From: Eledone cirrhosa | Taxonomy: Eukaryota | Direction: 5' to 3' | DNA: 64,000 bases | NCBI GenBank assembly: GCA_964016885.1 | Contig: OZ024743.1 | Coordinates: forward strand, 354,888,001 to 354,952,000 | In this document: piece by piece, positions 44,171-56,819 of the stretch | Layout: the number at the start of each line of letters is the position of its first letter | How positions within the stretch are numbered: the first letter of the stretch is position 1 | The notes under the pieces: model-generated | Told to the model about the DNA's origin: nothing | What the model saw: the letters and a program-made list of their open reading frames with translations, nothing else | Database searches by the model: none | Position numbers and translations under genes: made by a program

Positions 44171-46271
44171 TTACCGTATTTTTGGTAGAGGAGGGATGGT
44201 TTTTACATCCCTTTTCACTTGATCGTCTGGTGAAGGGACCGTTGAATCGTCCCTTCGGCTGGTCGTCGGCTCTTCTAAGAGAATGTCTGAATATACTCTT
44301 CGATTAATGGTTCCTCCTAGGTCCCTGAAATCACCAACTGCGTTGGGGAATTTCGTTTTAATGTTTGTGTATTGTTTCTGTGCTATTTTTAGCAGTCTTA
44401 TGTTAGTTGGCGTTTTGATTGGTGCTGGTATTATGTAGTCCTGTTGTGAAATGTCTGTGTGTTCAATTATGTAAGTCATTAGTTTCTTGTTGTGTGTGTT
44501 TATTGCCGTGCATTTGTTTTTCTGGGGGTGGGGTGTGGTTCTGCTATTTTCTTGTCGTTGTTGCTGGGTGTGTGTGTTTTGTTGTTGTGTTTGCGATGTT
44601 GGTGCTTGTGGTGGTGGTGTTGAAGGTGTTGTTGGCGGTGGGGTTGTCGCCGGTGGTGATGGTGGTGCTGGTGTGGGTGGTGATGGTGTTGGTGGTGTTG
44701 CTGCTGTGGGTCTCTTTGCAGTAGACTTTACCCTTTTCTCATTTCTTTCCTCCCTTTTCAAAGGCGACGATGCGCTGCTTCTGCGTTTGTGCCTTCTTGA
44801 GACCTTTTGCCATCCCTCTCCCACCTCACACTCCATGTCTGATTCTGTAAGGTCGGGGAGGGGTACCAGCTCCACTCTTTCACTTGTTGTTGTTGGTGAT
44901 GTTTGCACTGGAGTCTCTGTTGCAGCTGCATTTGGTATTGCTGTTGTTGTTGTTAATATTTCCACTGCTGCTGCTGTCTTTGATTTCCGTGGAGTGGGTA
45001 TGGGTGCCACGGACCTATCGTTCCTGGTTGCCGCTTGTCCTGTTGCTGGTAGCCGTGGAACCGGATTCGGGAGGAGGGGGGTTTTCTCCTTTCTCAGGGT
45101 CTTCTCGTTGCAGAAGGCCCTGAGGTGAGTCTTCGATCCACAGCGAAAGCATTTCGGGCGTTTGCCCTCAACACTTATGGGCAGTTGAGTGCCGTTATCG
45201 AAGTCTATCACATCCGGGATAGCTTCGATGCACTCCTGGTTGGTTTGGATTAGCATCTCAATGGAGGAGCCGACCCAATCTTCTCTTACTTTTTTCTGTA
45301 CTTGCAGTACAGTTGTTTTGTCCTCGATTCCGACGAGGACAGACGCGGCCAGCCAAGAAGGGGTCATTCCGGGGGGGACGTGGGTCAGTTTGACCCTCAC
45401 AATTTTTTGCCCGCAGTAGGAGGGCACCAACACCATTTCCTCGCTCCTTAGGGTCACTACTGATTGGGCCTTTGCCTCCTGGGGTGTGGCAAAAAGTACG
45501 TCTACGGTGGCGTATTTTTTGCCTCGGGTGATGTGCGTTTTCCTCTGCCACACAGACCCCAAGGCTTTTTGTATTTGGGCCTCTGTGGCTCTTTCCACCC
45601 TACGGGATTTTGTACTTACTGTACGGTACGTGACCGTACAGTGCTCTTGGGTTTCGAAAAAATTTTTCGCTGCCTTGCAGATTGCTCGGTGTCCGTTCTT
45701 TGTCACCATCTTCTTCGCTTCCTCTAATTCCTCATTTGTTATGAGGATTGTTTCCAGGTTTTTCGCAATACCTGCAAATGAGATTGGTTTTTCTCTGCTG
45801 TTGTTGTTGTCGTCAGAGCTGCTGGTACTTTTGTTGTTGCTGCAGGTACTACGACTACTGCCTCCGCCGCTGTTGCTGTGGTTGTTGTTGGTGTTGCTGC
45901 TGCTAATGCTGTTGTTGTTTATGCTGCTGGTGATGCTGTTGCGGCTGCTACTGTTGTTTTCATTGTCACTGTTGCTGTTGTTATTACGGCTGCTACTGCT
46001 ATTATTCCTGACGTCAGACGAATGAACTGGGTTTTCGTATTTCCCGCACACCTGTTTCGTCGCTGTCGTCGTCGTCGTGGAGAAACCTTGCACGCTTTGC
46101 ACGAGACTTTTCTTTTCTTTCGTCGCTTGCGAAAGAGAAGGTAGGGAGAGAGACACATTTAAAGAAGGGAGGGAGAGAGACAATCTTCTCTCTCCTGTAG
46201 TGATGATTGAGGAAGAAGAAGACGGAATGAGTGGGAGTGACGTGTGAAATTTTTTTTTTTTTGGTAGCCAT
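44171..46271 (-). CDS. LINE ORF1, copy 3; +1 frameshift in the A-run just after the ATG
   Basis: A13 here versus A12 in copy 1 puts MATKKKK out of frame; the rest is intact. Could be a homopolymer sequencing error. Confidence 0.7.
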
Positions 46272-46484
46272 GTTTTTTTGTTTAAAATGAAATTTTGGGT
46301 ACAAAACCCCAATAACTGGCTATTTAACCCCGAAGGGCCAAATAACGGACAGAAAGACCCCTCTCACGAGGAGGAGGGTGTCTTTATCAACAATTTGGTT
46401 CAAGTTTTAAACAATTTACAATTGTTTTAACGGTTAAAAATTACTATACCTTACAGAGCCGAGCCTCCGTCAACCATGGCATTC

Positions 46485-46529
<45 letters not shown>

Positions 46530-46532
<3 letters not shown>

Positions 46533-49500
46533 GAAAATAAGAATGAAGAGAGAAGCAGGCGGACGGACAGAGAAGAGGGGTGGAAAAACTAAAACTAAAA
46601 AAACAAAAACTAAGTCAGACATTCGAACACTACATTACAATGAAACTTATGCTTATTCATTTTTGGGGCCCTTTCTGCCTGTGTGTTTGTTTGTTTATGT
46701 GTGTTCGTATACAGCGTGGTGATAATGCCACACAAGGGCCAAGTGGAATGGCGGATCCACAGATGGCTATGTAACCATACATTCGCCAATCCTCGATAAG
46801 AGTGTTTAAATATCGAACATAAACAGTTCGAATAACGGTGAAATGGAGACTAGAACGTCATGTGACAGACTCTCACCCAACAGGTGCCCCCTGGCTCAGC
46901 AGCAGGAACCTGACTGTCAACCAAATACTGCTGATGTTGGAGGAAGGAGAAGAAGGAAAGGGACCAGAACCAACTGGACGAAAGAATTGAATAGAAGTGT
47001 TATGCAATGTTACCTGAAAAGTAACCCCAAGGAGAGGGGCTACAGGAGACGGATGCATAACATCTGGAACGAGATTGGTTTATTTAAATTAGATGAACAA
47101 AAATTGGCCGGGCAGGCTCGGGTAATAAGAACTAATGGGTGGATAAGCGAGCTGGAACTGGAGGAACTGAGCAGAGAGAATGGCTTGGAGATGGCGGGTG
47201 TAGTATGCCAGACAAGCGAGCCAGTGGGAAATGAAGGTGAAGAGGTCCTGAGAACGGAGGAACCACCCGAAGCAGACAATGATCTGAATACTAAGATAAA
47301 TAATACCTGGAACAGAGATACGGCCACTGAGGAGATGAATGCTGACGGGCTAGGACAAGATTCGGTTGACATCCTAAATTTAGTGGTAGATGAATTGAAC
47401 AATGATAGTGGGAGACCTATGAACCTAAGATTTGTAGACAGGAAAAAGTTAAAAGAAACAACAGCTAAGGTAAACAAAGTCATCCCATACCTTGAGGCGA
47501 GGAGCCTTCACCAGTGCAACAATATCCTCAAAGCAACAGTAAATACGGTGAGGAAACTACTTGGTATAAAAGCGAGAGGAAACAACAGACAAGAAAGAGC
47601 AGAGCCGTGGTGGAAGAGGCGACTGAGTGGGCAAATCGGGGAAATGAGAAATGACATAGGAAAGCTTGAGTCACTACTGAATGGGACACTAAAAAACATA
47701 GGCACTAAAAATAGACTGGAAATAAAATACAAAACTAGGAGGAAAAAGCTAAATATTATCATAGAGGAACTGAAGCAACGCATTGTAGCAAAGAGTGCAA
47801 AAATCAGGCGATACGAGAACAGAGTCAGTCAGTATAAACAGAATCGCATGTTCGACAACAACCAGAAGATGCTGTTTGGACAGCTTGAGGGGAAAGAAAG
47901 AGGCAACGACTTGATCCCTGGGGCGGAGCAAACTAAAACATTCTGGAGAGGAATATGGGAGCAGGGTGTTAGACATAATGTCCAGGCAGGGTGGATTGAG
48001 ACAGTACAGAGGGAGATCGGTGAGCAGGCACAACAACAAACTGATTTGAGTATCACAGTTGAAACTCTTAAGGGGCAGGCCAAAAAACTAACCAACTGGA
48101 AATCACCAGGCCCAGATGGTGTGCAGGGGTATTGGATTAAACATTTAACATCCCTCCACCCGAAGCTGACGGCCATGTTCAATGACTGCTTGGTGTCGGG
48201 TGAGGTGCCAGAGTGGTTGACAAAAGGTACCACAGTTCTGATAATGAAAGACCGAATCAAGGGTAATGATGTTACCAACTATAGACCTATCACATGTCTG
48301 TCCGTAATGTGGAAACTGTTGACGAGCATTGTGTCTGAGGAAATCTACCATCACCTCCACACAAACAAATTGTTACCGGACGAACAGAAAGGATGCCGAA
48401 AGAAGTCACGTGGTACAAAGGACCAGTTACTTATTGATAAGAGGGTGATGGGGAATTGCAGGAGGAGACACACTGATCTTGCCATGGGATGGATAGACTA
48501 CAGAAAGACATTTGACATGGTGCCTCATTCTTGGATCACCAAAAGCCTGGAGATCTTCAGGGTGGCAGATAACATCAGACAGTTGCTGGGCAGGAGTATG
48601 GGGTCCTGGGAGACAGAGTTGACATCAACTGGAGTATCCTTGGGAAGCGTGAAGATCAAGAGAGGTATCTTCCAGGGAGATAGCCTGTCCCCTCTGTTGT
48701 TTGTCCTTGCCCTGATGCCCTTGACCATTATGCTGCGAAAAGTGAGAGCAGGATACAAGTTGGGAAGGGGAGAGCTTACCATCAATCACCTCCTCTTCAT
48801 GGACGATCTTAAGCTCTTCGGGAAAAGTGAGAAGGAGTTGGATGTGCTTGTTGACACTGTCCGTATTTTCAGCAGTGATATATGTATGGAGTTTGGTATT
48901 GGTAAATGTGGAGTCATTGTGATGAGGAGGGGTAGGTTGAGCAGAAGTAACGGGATCCAGATACCAACAGGTGAGATGATAAAGGAAATTGACTCTGAGG
49001 AAGGATACAAGTATTTGGGCGTTCTGGAGGCTGATGGCATAAAGAACAAAAAAATGAAGGAATTGTTAAGAACTGAATACATTCGGAGAGTAAGGAGCGT
49101 ATTGAAGTCACATCTGAACAGCAGAAATGCCATAAGCGCAGTAAATTCCCGAGCTGTGTCTATTATTAGGTACAGTGCGGGAATTCTGAGATGGAATGTT
49201 GCTGAACAAAAAGAAATGGATAGGAAGACTAGGAAGCTATTGACTATCTACAACATGTTCCACAAGAGGAGTGATGTCGATAGACTCTACCTAAGGAGAT
49301 CTGAGGGTGGAAGAGGTCTTATCAGCATAGAGGACTGTGTTCAGATGGAGAAAAACAACCTATACAAATACGTGACCTATAGTAAGGAGCCAATGCTCAG
49401 AACTGTACTGAAGGAGGGGACAGTAGGCCAGGGGATGTCCAAGGAGGAAATAACATCAAGGAGGAAGAGCAGCCTTAAGGGAAAATCCCTTCATAGTACC

Positions 49501-50104
49501 TTCTTTGAGAAAACTGAATTTAGATATCCACAGACATGGAACTGGTTGAGAAGAGGAGACCTCAAAAAGGCTACAGAAGGAATGCTAATGGCTGCGCAGG
49601 AGCAGGCCCTCAAAACGAAGTGGTTGAAGCACCATATCTACAAGGAGGAGGCTAGCCCACTGTGCAGGATCTGTGGAGAGAGAGAGAGGAGACTGTGGCT
49701 CACATTGTGTCCGAGTGTAAACACCTAGCCCAGACCCACTATAAGGGCTGGAGACACGATGTGATGGGCAGGGTGATCCACTGGCACCTGTGCAAAGTAA
49801 ACAATTTACCACATTCTGAGAAATGGTATGAGCATAGGCCAGAGGCGGTGATGGAGAACAATCAGCTGAAGGTGCTGTGGGATTTTAGGATACAGACGGA
49901 CAAAAAACTGGAACACAATAGACCTGACCTGGTGGTTGTGGACAAAGAAAAAAGATCGTGTCTGATTGTGGATGTGGCCTGCCCGTTCGACACGAGAGTG
50001 CAAGAGAAGGAGAGGGAGAAAATTAACCGATACCAGGACCTAAAGTGGGAGGTGAAAAGGATTTGGAACTGCCATGAAGTCAAAGTGATCCCGATTGTCA
50101 TAGG
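46530..50104 (+). mobile_element. R4/Dong family B, near full length, lacking its own 3' end
   Basis: Starts right after (AAT)15; 961 aa ORF with complete RT; fused at 50104 to family A. Confidence 0.92.
46843..49728 (+). CDS. R4/Dong RT polyprotein (961 aa, frameshifted in a GA-repeat at the CCHC knuckle)
   Basis: [50 protein letters not shown]; RLE continues in ORF 49662-50120. Confidence 0.85.
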   Translation: METRTSCDRLSPNRCPLAQQQEPDCQPNTADVGGRRRRKGTRTNWTKELNRSVMQCYLKSNPKERGYRRRMHNIWNEIGLFKLDEQKLAGQARVIRTNGWISELELEELSRENGLEMAGVVCQTSEPVGNEGEEVLRTEEPPEADNDLNTKINNTWNRDTATEEMNADGLGQDSVDILNLVVDELNNDSGRPMNLRFVDRKKLKETTAKVNKVIPYLEARSLHQCNNILKATVNTVRKLLGIKARGNNRQERAEPWWKRRLSGQIGEMRNDIGKLESLLNGTLKNIGTKNRLEIKYKTRRKKLNIIIEELKQRIVAKSAKIRRYENRVSQYKQNRMFDNNQKMLFGQLEGKERGNDLIPGAEQTKTFWRGIWEQGVRHNVQAGWIETVQREIGEQAQQQTDLSITVETLKGQAKKLTNWKSPGPDGVQGYWIKHLTSLHPKLTAMFNDCLVSGEVPEWLTKGTTVLIMKDRIKGNDVTNYRPITCLSVMWKLLTSIVSEEIYHHLHTNKLLPDEQKGCRKKSRGTKDQLLIDKRVMGNCRRRHTDLAMGWIDYRKTFDMVPHSWITKSLEIFRVADNIRQLLGRSMGSWETELTSTGVSLGSVKIKRGIFQGDSLSPLLFVLALMPLTIMLRKVRAGYKLGRGELTINHLLFMDDLKLFGKSEKELDVLVDTVRIFSSDICMEFGIGKCGVIVMRRGRLSRSNGIQIPTGEMIKEIDSEEGYKYLGVLEADGIKNKKMKELLRTEYIRRVRSVLKSHLNSRNAISAVNSRAVSIIRYSAGILRWNVAEQKEMDRKTRKLLTIYNMFHKRSDVDRLYLRRSEGGRGLISIEDCVQMEKNNLYKYVTYSKEPMLRTVLKEGTVGQGMSKEEITSRRKSSLKGKSLHSTFFEKTEFRYPQTWNWLRRGDLKKATEGMLMAAQEQALKTKWLKHHIYKEEASPLCRICGERERRLWLTLCPSVNT

Positions 50105-50784
50105 ACCATTGACCATATAATTTCAATGTGCAGTCCTATAGCTCCAACCGAATACCTAAACAGGCATGACAGAGCTACACAATACATACATTGGATAATG
50201 TGTAAGCATTTTGACCTGCCCCATCAAAAGAATTGGTGGGAGCATCAACCACCTCCCATACTTGAAAAAGATCACATCTCAATCTTGTGGAACTTTAGCA
50301 TCCAAACAGACCGAAAAATAGATGCAAATAGACCTGATATAATATTGAAGGACTTTCAAAGGAGGGTATGCCTGCTAATTGATATGTCTGTTCCAATAGA
50401 CAAGAATGTATCTATAAAAACATTTGAAAAATTGAGCAAGTATAAGGACCTGGAGATAGAAATTGGAAAAATGTGGAAATTGAGAACTAAAACAATACCA
50501 GTGGTTGTAGGCGCTCTGGGAATGATACCTAAGGGGTCTAACGTCTACTTATCGCAAATCCCAGGAAACCCGCGTATAGGAGAAATACAAAAGATAGTAC
50601 TAATGGGAACTGCCCATATACTAAGGAAGATCCTGTCAATATAAGTACATCACAAGTCTAAACACTAAGGATGCATGTGTGAATATGTATGTTCTTTCTT
50701 GAACATGGCGGACCTTGTTGTCTCTTGAGGTCACTGGTTGTGACTTGGTGATAACTCGTATAAACATAAAGCAAGATAAATGTA
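50104..50784 (+). mobile_element. R4/Dong family A, 3' portion (intact RLE C-terminus + 3'UTR)
   Basis: Matches 2286-2965 without its stop codons; followed by (AAT)20. Confidence 0.92.
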
Positions 50785-50845
<61 letters not shown>

Positions 50846-50846
<1 letters not shown>

Positions 50847-53344
50847 AGGCGATACGAGAACAGAGTCAGTCAGTATAAACAGAACCGCATGTTCGACAAC
50901 AACCAGAAGATGCTGTTTGGACAGCTTGAGGGGAAAGAAAGAGGCAACGACTTGATCCCTGGGGCGGAACAAGCTAAAACATTCTGGAGAGGAATATGGG
51001 AGCAGGATGTTAGACACAATGCCCAGGCAGGGTGGATTGAGACAGTACAGAGGGAGATCGGTGAGCAGGCACAGCAACAGACTGATTTGAGTATCACAGT
51101 TGAAACTCTTAAGGGGCAAGCCAAATAACTAACCAACTGGAAATCACCAGGCCCAGATGGTGTGCAGGGGTATTGGATTAAACATTTAACATCCCTCCAC
51201 CCGAAGCTGACGGCCATGTTCAATGACTGCTTGGTGTCGGGTGAGGTGCCAGAGTGGTTGACAAAAGGTACCACAGTTCTGATAATGAAAGACCGAATCA
51301 AGGGTAATGATGTTACCAACTATAGACCTGTCTGTCCGTAATGTGGAAACTGTTGACGAGCATTGTGTCTGAGGAAATCTACCATCACCTCCACACAAAC
51401 AACTTGTTGCCGGACGAACAGAAAGGATGCCGAAAGAAGTCACGTGGTACAAAGGACCAGTTGCTTATTGATAAGATGGTAATGGGGAATTGCAGGAGGA
51501 GACACACTGATCTTGCCATGGGATGGATAGACTACAGAAAGGCATTTGACATGGTGCCTCATTCTTGGATCACCAAAAGCCTGGAGATCTTCAGGGTGGC
51601 AGATAACATCAGACAGTTGCTGGGCAGGAGTATGGGGTCCTGGGAGACAGAGTTGACATCAACTGGAGTATCCTTGGGAAGCATGAAGATCAAGAGAGGT
51701 ATCTTCCAGGGAGATAGCCTGTCCCCTCTGTTGTTTGTCCTTGCCGTGATGCCCTTGACCATTATGCTGCGAAAAGTGAGAGCAGGATACAAGTTGGGAA
51801 GGGGAGAGCTTACCATCAATCACCTCCTCTTCATGGACGATCTTAAGCTCTTCGGGAAAAGTGAGAAGGAGTTGGATGTGCTTGTTGACACTGTCCGTAT
51901 TTTCAGCAGTGATATATGTATGCAGTTTGGTATTGGTAAATGTGGAGTCATTGTGATGAGGAGGGGTAGGTTGAGCAGAAGTAACGGGATCCAGATACCA
52001 ACAGGTGAGATGATAAAGGAAATTGACTCTGAGGAAGGATACAAGTATTTGGGCGTTCTGGAGGCTGATGGCATAAAGAACAAAAAAAATGAAGGAATTG
52101 TTAAGAACTGAATACATTCGGAGAGTAAGGAGCGTATTGAAGTCACATCTGAACAGCAGAAATGCCATAAGCGCAGTAAATTCCCGAGCTGTGTCTATTA
52201 TTAGGTACAGTGCGGGAATTCTGAGATGGAATGTTGCTGAACAAAAAGAAATGGATAGGAAGACTAGGAAGCTATTGACTATCTACAACATGTTCCACAA
52301 GAGGAGTGATGTCGATAGACTCTACCTAAGGAGATCTGAGGGTGGAAGAGGTCTTATCAGCATAGAGGACTGTGTTCAGATGGAGAAAAACAACCTATAC
52401 AAATACGTGACCTATAGTAAGGAGCCAATGCTCAGAGCTGTACTGAAGGAGGGGACAGTAGGCCAGGGGATACCCAAGGAGGAAATAACATCAAGGAGGA
52501 AGAGCAGCCTTAAGGGAAAATCCCTTCATAGTACCTTCTTTGAGAAAACTGAATTTAGAGATCCACAGACATGGAACTGGTTGAGAAGAGGAGACCTCAA
52601 AAAGGCTACAGAAGGAATGCTAATGGCTGCGCAGGAGCAGGCCCTCAAAACGAAGTGGTTGAAGCACCATATCTACAAGGAGGAGGCTAGCCCACTGTGC
52701 AGGATCTGTGGAGAGAGTGAGGAGACTGTGGCTCACATTGTGTCCGAGTGTAAACACCTAGCCCAGACCCACTATAAGGGCTGGAGACACGATGTGATGG
52801 GCAGGGTGATCCACTGGCACCTGTGCAAAGTAAACAACCTACCACATTCTGAGAAATGGTATGAGCATAGGCCAGAGGCGGTGATGGAGAACAGTCAGGT
52901 GAAGGTGCTGTGGGATTTTAGGATACAGACGGACAAAAAACTGGAACACAATAGACCTGACCTGGTGGTTGTGGACAAAGAAAAAAGATCGTGCCTGATT
53001 GTGGATGTGGCCTGCCCGTTCGACACGAGAGTGCAAGAGAAGGAGAGGGAGAAAATTAACCGATACCAGGACCTAAAGTGGGAGGTGAAAAGGATTTGGA
53101 ACTGCCATGAAGTCAAAGTGATCCCGATTGTCATAGGCGCACTGGGGACTATCTCCAAAGGTTTCCAGGGATGGTTAAAGAAAATCGGCCCCTTCACGCT
53201 TTTTGGAACGCTTCAAAAGGCATGCTTGCTTGGAACGGCAAGAACCCTCCGATACGTCCTGAATATCTGAGGCTGCAGGTAGTGGCTTGATATTCAATCC
53301 AACGGACTTTCCAGTTAACCAACATCAATGACTGAGATTCAAGG
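50846..53344 (+). mobile_element. R4/Dong family B, 3' two-thirds (RT, CCHC, RLE, 3'UTR)
   Basis: Near-identical to 47806-50104 and continues to the normal 3' end; three frameshifts. Confidence 0.92.
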
Positions 53345-53517
<173 letters not shown>

Positions 53518-54077
53518 CGGTCTTAAAAATACTTTTATTCCTTTATCTTAGAACAGTGACAGATGAAAGGACATTACAAATACGATCTACAAAATGGTAG
53601 TTGTTTTTACGAAGGAAAACAAACATGAAAAACAAACACATAAAATACAATTAAGGATATTTAGAAAAACACGTCCTCATTGGGGAACATTCAACTATGG
53701 CCAATGAGGAAAGCACACAAGTTCTGGATTATCCTTACTGCTCATGTCAAGTTCCTTCTCCCAGCTGTGTTCTCTAGTCTAGTGGGGCATGTTGAGAGTA
53801 GATTCATTTACTCAGACCCTACTCAACACACTCAACTGTCTTTCAGAAAAGGGCAGCATTTATCTCTTTCTCACTCTCTCTCTCTTCTCCACCCCCCTCT
53901 CTCTCTCTCTCTCTTTCCTTCAACTGATACGTGAATAAATTAATCCCCGAAAATAACTGGCAGTATATTTTGTTGATCCCGCAAGTACGAAAAATAAAAT
54001 TGGCCTCGGTTAGATTAAAAGCCATAACGCAAAGGGACGTAACTAAATATTGCAAGGTATATTTACTACTTCTAAAG

Positions 54078-54295
54078 CAGGCATGCCAAACATGCGGTCT
54101 GCGGACCGCATGCGGTTCTTTACAAACACACCTGAGGCTTGCACAAAGGTTTTTCCAGCGCGACATGTTTTATCTTAGTAATATAAAATTAAAAAAAATA
54201 GTTGTAATGTACGCAATTAGTTGACGTGTGTGGCCCTCAGACAATACATATGTGACCCATGTGGCCCTCGGGGGACCTTCAGTTTGACATGTCTG
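54078..54295. mobile_element. hAT (Charlie-like) non-autonomous MITE, 218 bp
   Basis: TIRs CAGGCATGCCAAAC / GTTTGACATGTCTG (12 of 14 match); perfect 8 bp TSD TTCTAAAG at 54070-54077 and 54296-54303. Confidence 0.88.
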
Positions 54296-55899
54296 TTCTA
54301 AAGATTCTGTCACTCTAACGTTTTAGCCTTTATAATATTTGAATCATTCGATACATTTTTAACGATAATATGAGAACTCGGTTCGTCGCAGTTACACAAT
54401 TTTAGCAAAATTTCCTGCATTTCATTGCTTCTGCTAAAGGTGATAGACACTTGTTGCTATTAAAACAGGGATAAAGGGATTAAACGACATTCGTCGAAGG
54501 ATAAGAAAGGAATTACTCAGGCAACCAGTCTTCTGCAGTAATGGTGATGTCACTAAACTCATGTTGGTATTATCCCTGCTGTTATGATGCTAACCGAAGA
54601 GAGCATGATAGTTGATAACGTGACTTAGCTAGAAAACCAAAATATGATACTTTTGAAAATTCTAAACATGAAAAAAAAAAATTAAATATGACTACTAATC
54701 ATATATTCTTTTGTATGCTTTTCTTTTATCATATAACCAGAAGAGGAAGGAGAGCAAGTATGGCAGTGTGATATGCACGAATAAACCACGAGCTATAGGC
54801 CGCTGCTGTAGGAAGAAGTGCATAAAGTTATCGAGGTACCCCCTGACTGGAGACTTGATACTAAATCTTGGGACAAAGTGTAATCCTAAGAGACAAACCA
54901 AAGATGTACGGTCGTACCAAACATATTCCATCGGCCCAATTCACCCATCAGGTTTGGGCCGACTCGAGTGAGTAGAAAGCATTTACTCTTCACAAAACAT
55001 TTCCATACTATTCTGAGATCATGGAACAATTGATCAACAATAAAAACAAAACATTGTGGTTTTCTTATTTTAACCCATGATATACAACATATCTTTCTCC
55101 ACAATATGATTGTTGATCTGGTATCTCAGTCCTAAGTTGATTTTAAAGCCTAGCTTACTCAGAAGTTTTGTTGTTGTTGGTGTTGTTGTTATAACAACAG
55201 TGGTTGTTTTATATAATTTATACGACACAATGTGCTTCCAAAGAGATTAAACACTTCGGCATATACGTTTGAAGAACTTTCTCTTGTGTACAGTTGGACA
55301 ATAAGAATATCTGAACAAAATTTCTAATTGATTCTACGCAGGTGTGATGGCTGGAGATTTAAACGTTGTGGTCTCAATTTTAGTGTTCCTATAGTGGAAT
55401 GAATCCACAGAATGTCTAAGATATAGCACCGAAATAGAAACAACTAACCAAACAGAGGCTACATTTTTCTAAGAAACTACCACTGGTTACAGTGGGGAGA
55501 CGTTAAACACTGTACTGTCTAGATATAGCTAGGTGCACAAGACTATATATATAATCGGAGATTTGAACAGGCTAGGCAAATGATACACCAAAGTACCAGT
55601 AACGATCTTTGTAAATGCACATGATTCCTATCAAAGTAGTTTAAATGAGTCAATGAGAGGCGTCATGATAAGTTCTCTGTCAGTTTCTATAATATCCATT
55701 TAATTGTTCTACTAACTGAACATCCAACTCGTTGAGTTAATATGTAAGTAGCTACGCATGACATGAACATGCGTACTCTTTACATAATTCTCAGAAAGAA
55801 TCAGTACCGCAGTGTAGGGGTCTATATTCGATGTAAAATTCATCCACCAAACATGGGTACACTTTACATAATTCTCAGGAACAATCAGCGCCGCACTGT

Positions 55900-56085
55900 A
55901 GGACAAAGCTGGACCTTTGTCCCTCCAACGGGTTTCCAAACACTTTCTATTTACCTAATTTCACTTACAAGCTTAACTCGACCTGAGGCTATAGTCAATA
56001 ATACTTGCCCAAGATACCTTACATTCTTATCGAACCAAGAGCCTGATAATTGCGAAGCGATCTTTTTTATCACCCAGCCTCGCCT
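55900..56085 (-). mobile_element. Old degenerate SINE, third family
   Basis: GAGGCTATAGT..ACTTGCCCAAG..GAACC pattern recalled from cephalopod SINEs; heavily decayed. Confidence 0.45.
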
Positions 56086-56819
56086 TTCCATATCCATAAT
56101 AACATAACCTTGGGCAAAATAAAAAATGACGTAATGCTAATGTTTGCACATAAACATCCGACTGGTTGGTCTGTAGAGCAAAATCTCATCAACTTAACCA
56201 GGAGTCACTTTGTGAATTAATCGGCAATACCGTGGGACCTTTATGTGAATTGAACAATTCTATGTTTGGTGTTAATCCTGCTGCCCATATTGTCTTAATC
56301 TCGTCCGTTTATTTATTGCCATAATAACTCACTGCTGGCAGTTCAACATAACACTAATGAATTAAATAATTAATTTAAATATAATACTTGCAAACAACAG
56401 CAGCAGCAACAACAACAATTACAACAAAAGCAACTGCGGCAAATGTTGTTGTTTTAAGTATTAGTGGTGGCCTTAGCGGAAGAAACATTCGTTCGAGCAA
56501 CAATAACAGCAACAATAACATATGTATAGCAGAAACAAAAAAAAACAACAGTAATAGTAACAAAATCAAAATCTACAACAACAATAATTGTTTCTACTTT
56601 TGGCACAAGGCCAGCTACAACAACAATAATAACAATTGTACAACAGAAACAAGAATAGCAGCTACAGCAACAAGAGCAATGTCCACAACAACAGCAATAA
56701 CAATTACAACAGCAGCAATGAAAACAGCATCAATGATAACGACAACAGTAATATATACAATAGAAAGAGCAGCAATGGACATAGTTTCCTGCTGCAACAA
56801 ACTCCATCCATGACATTCA

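Larger units (their letters stand above)
40454..46484 (-). mobile_element. Tx1-like LINE, full-length copy 3
   Basis: Same ends and ORFs as copies 1-2; (AAT)n on both sides. Confidence 0.93.

Noticed and set aside
46700-46850. HDV-like ribozyme in the Dong-B 5'UTR (TCCTCG, hairpins)
   Set aside because: A hairpin is present in both copies, but the P1/P1.1/P3 nested pseudoknot could not be assembled.
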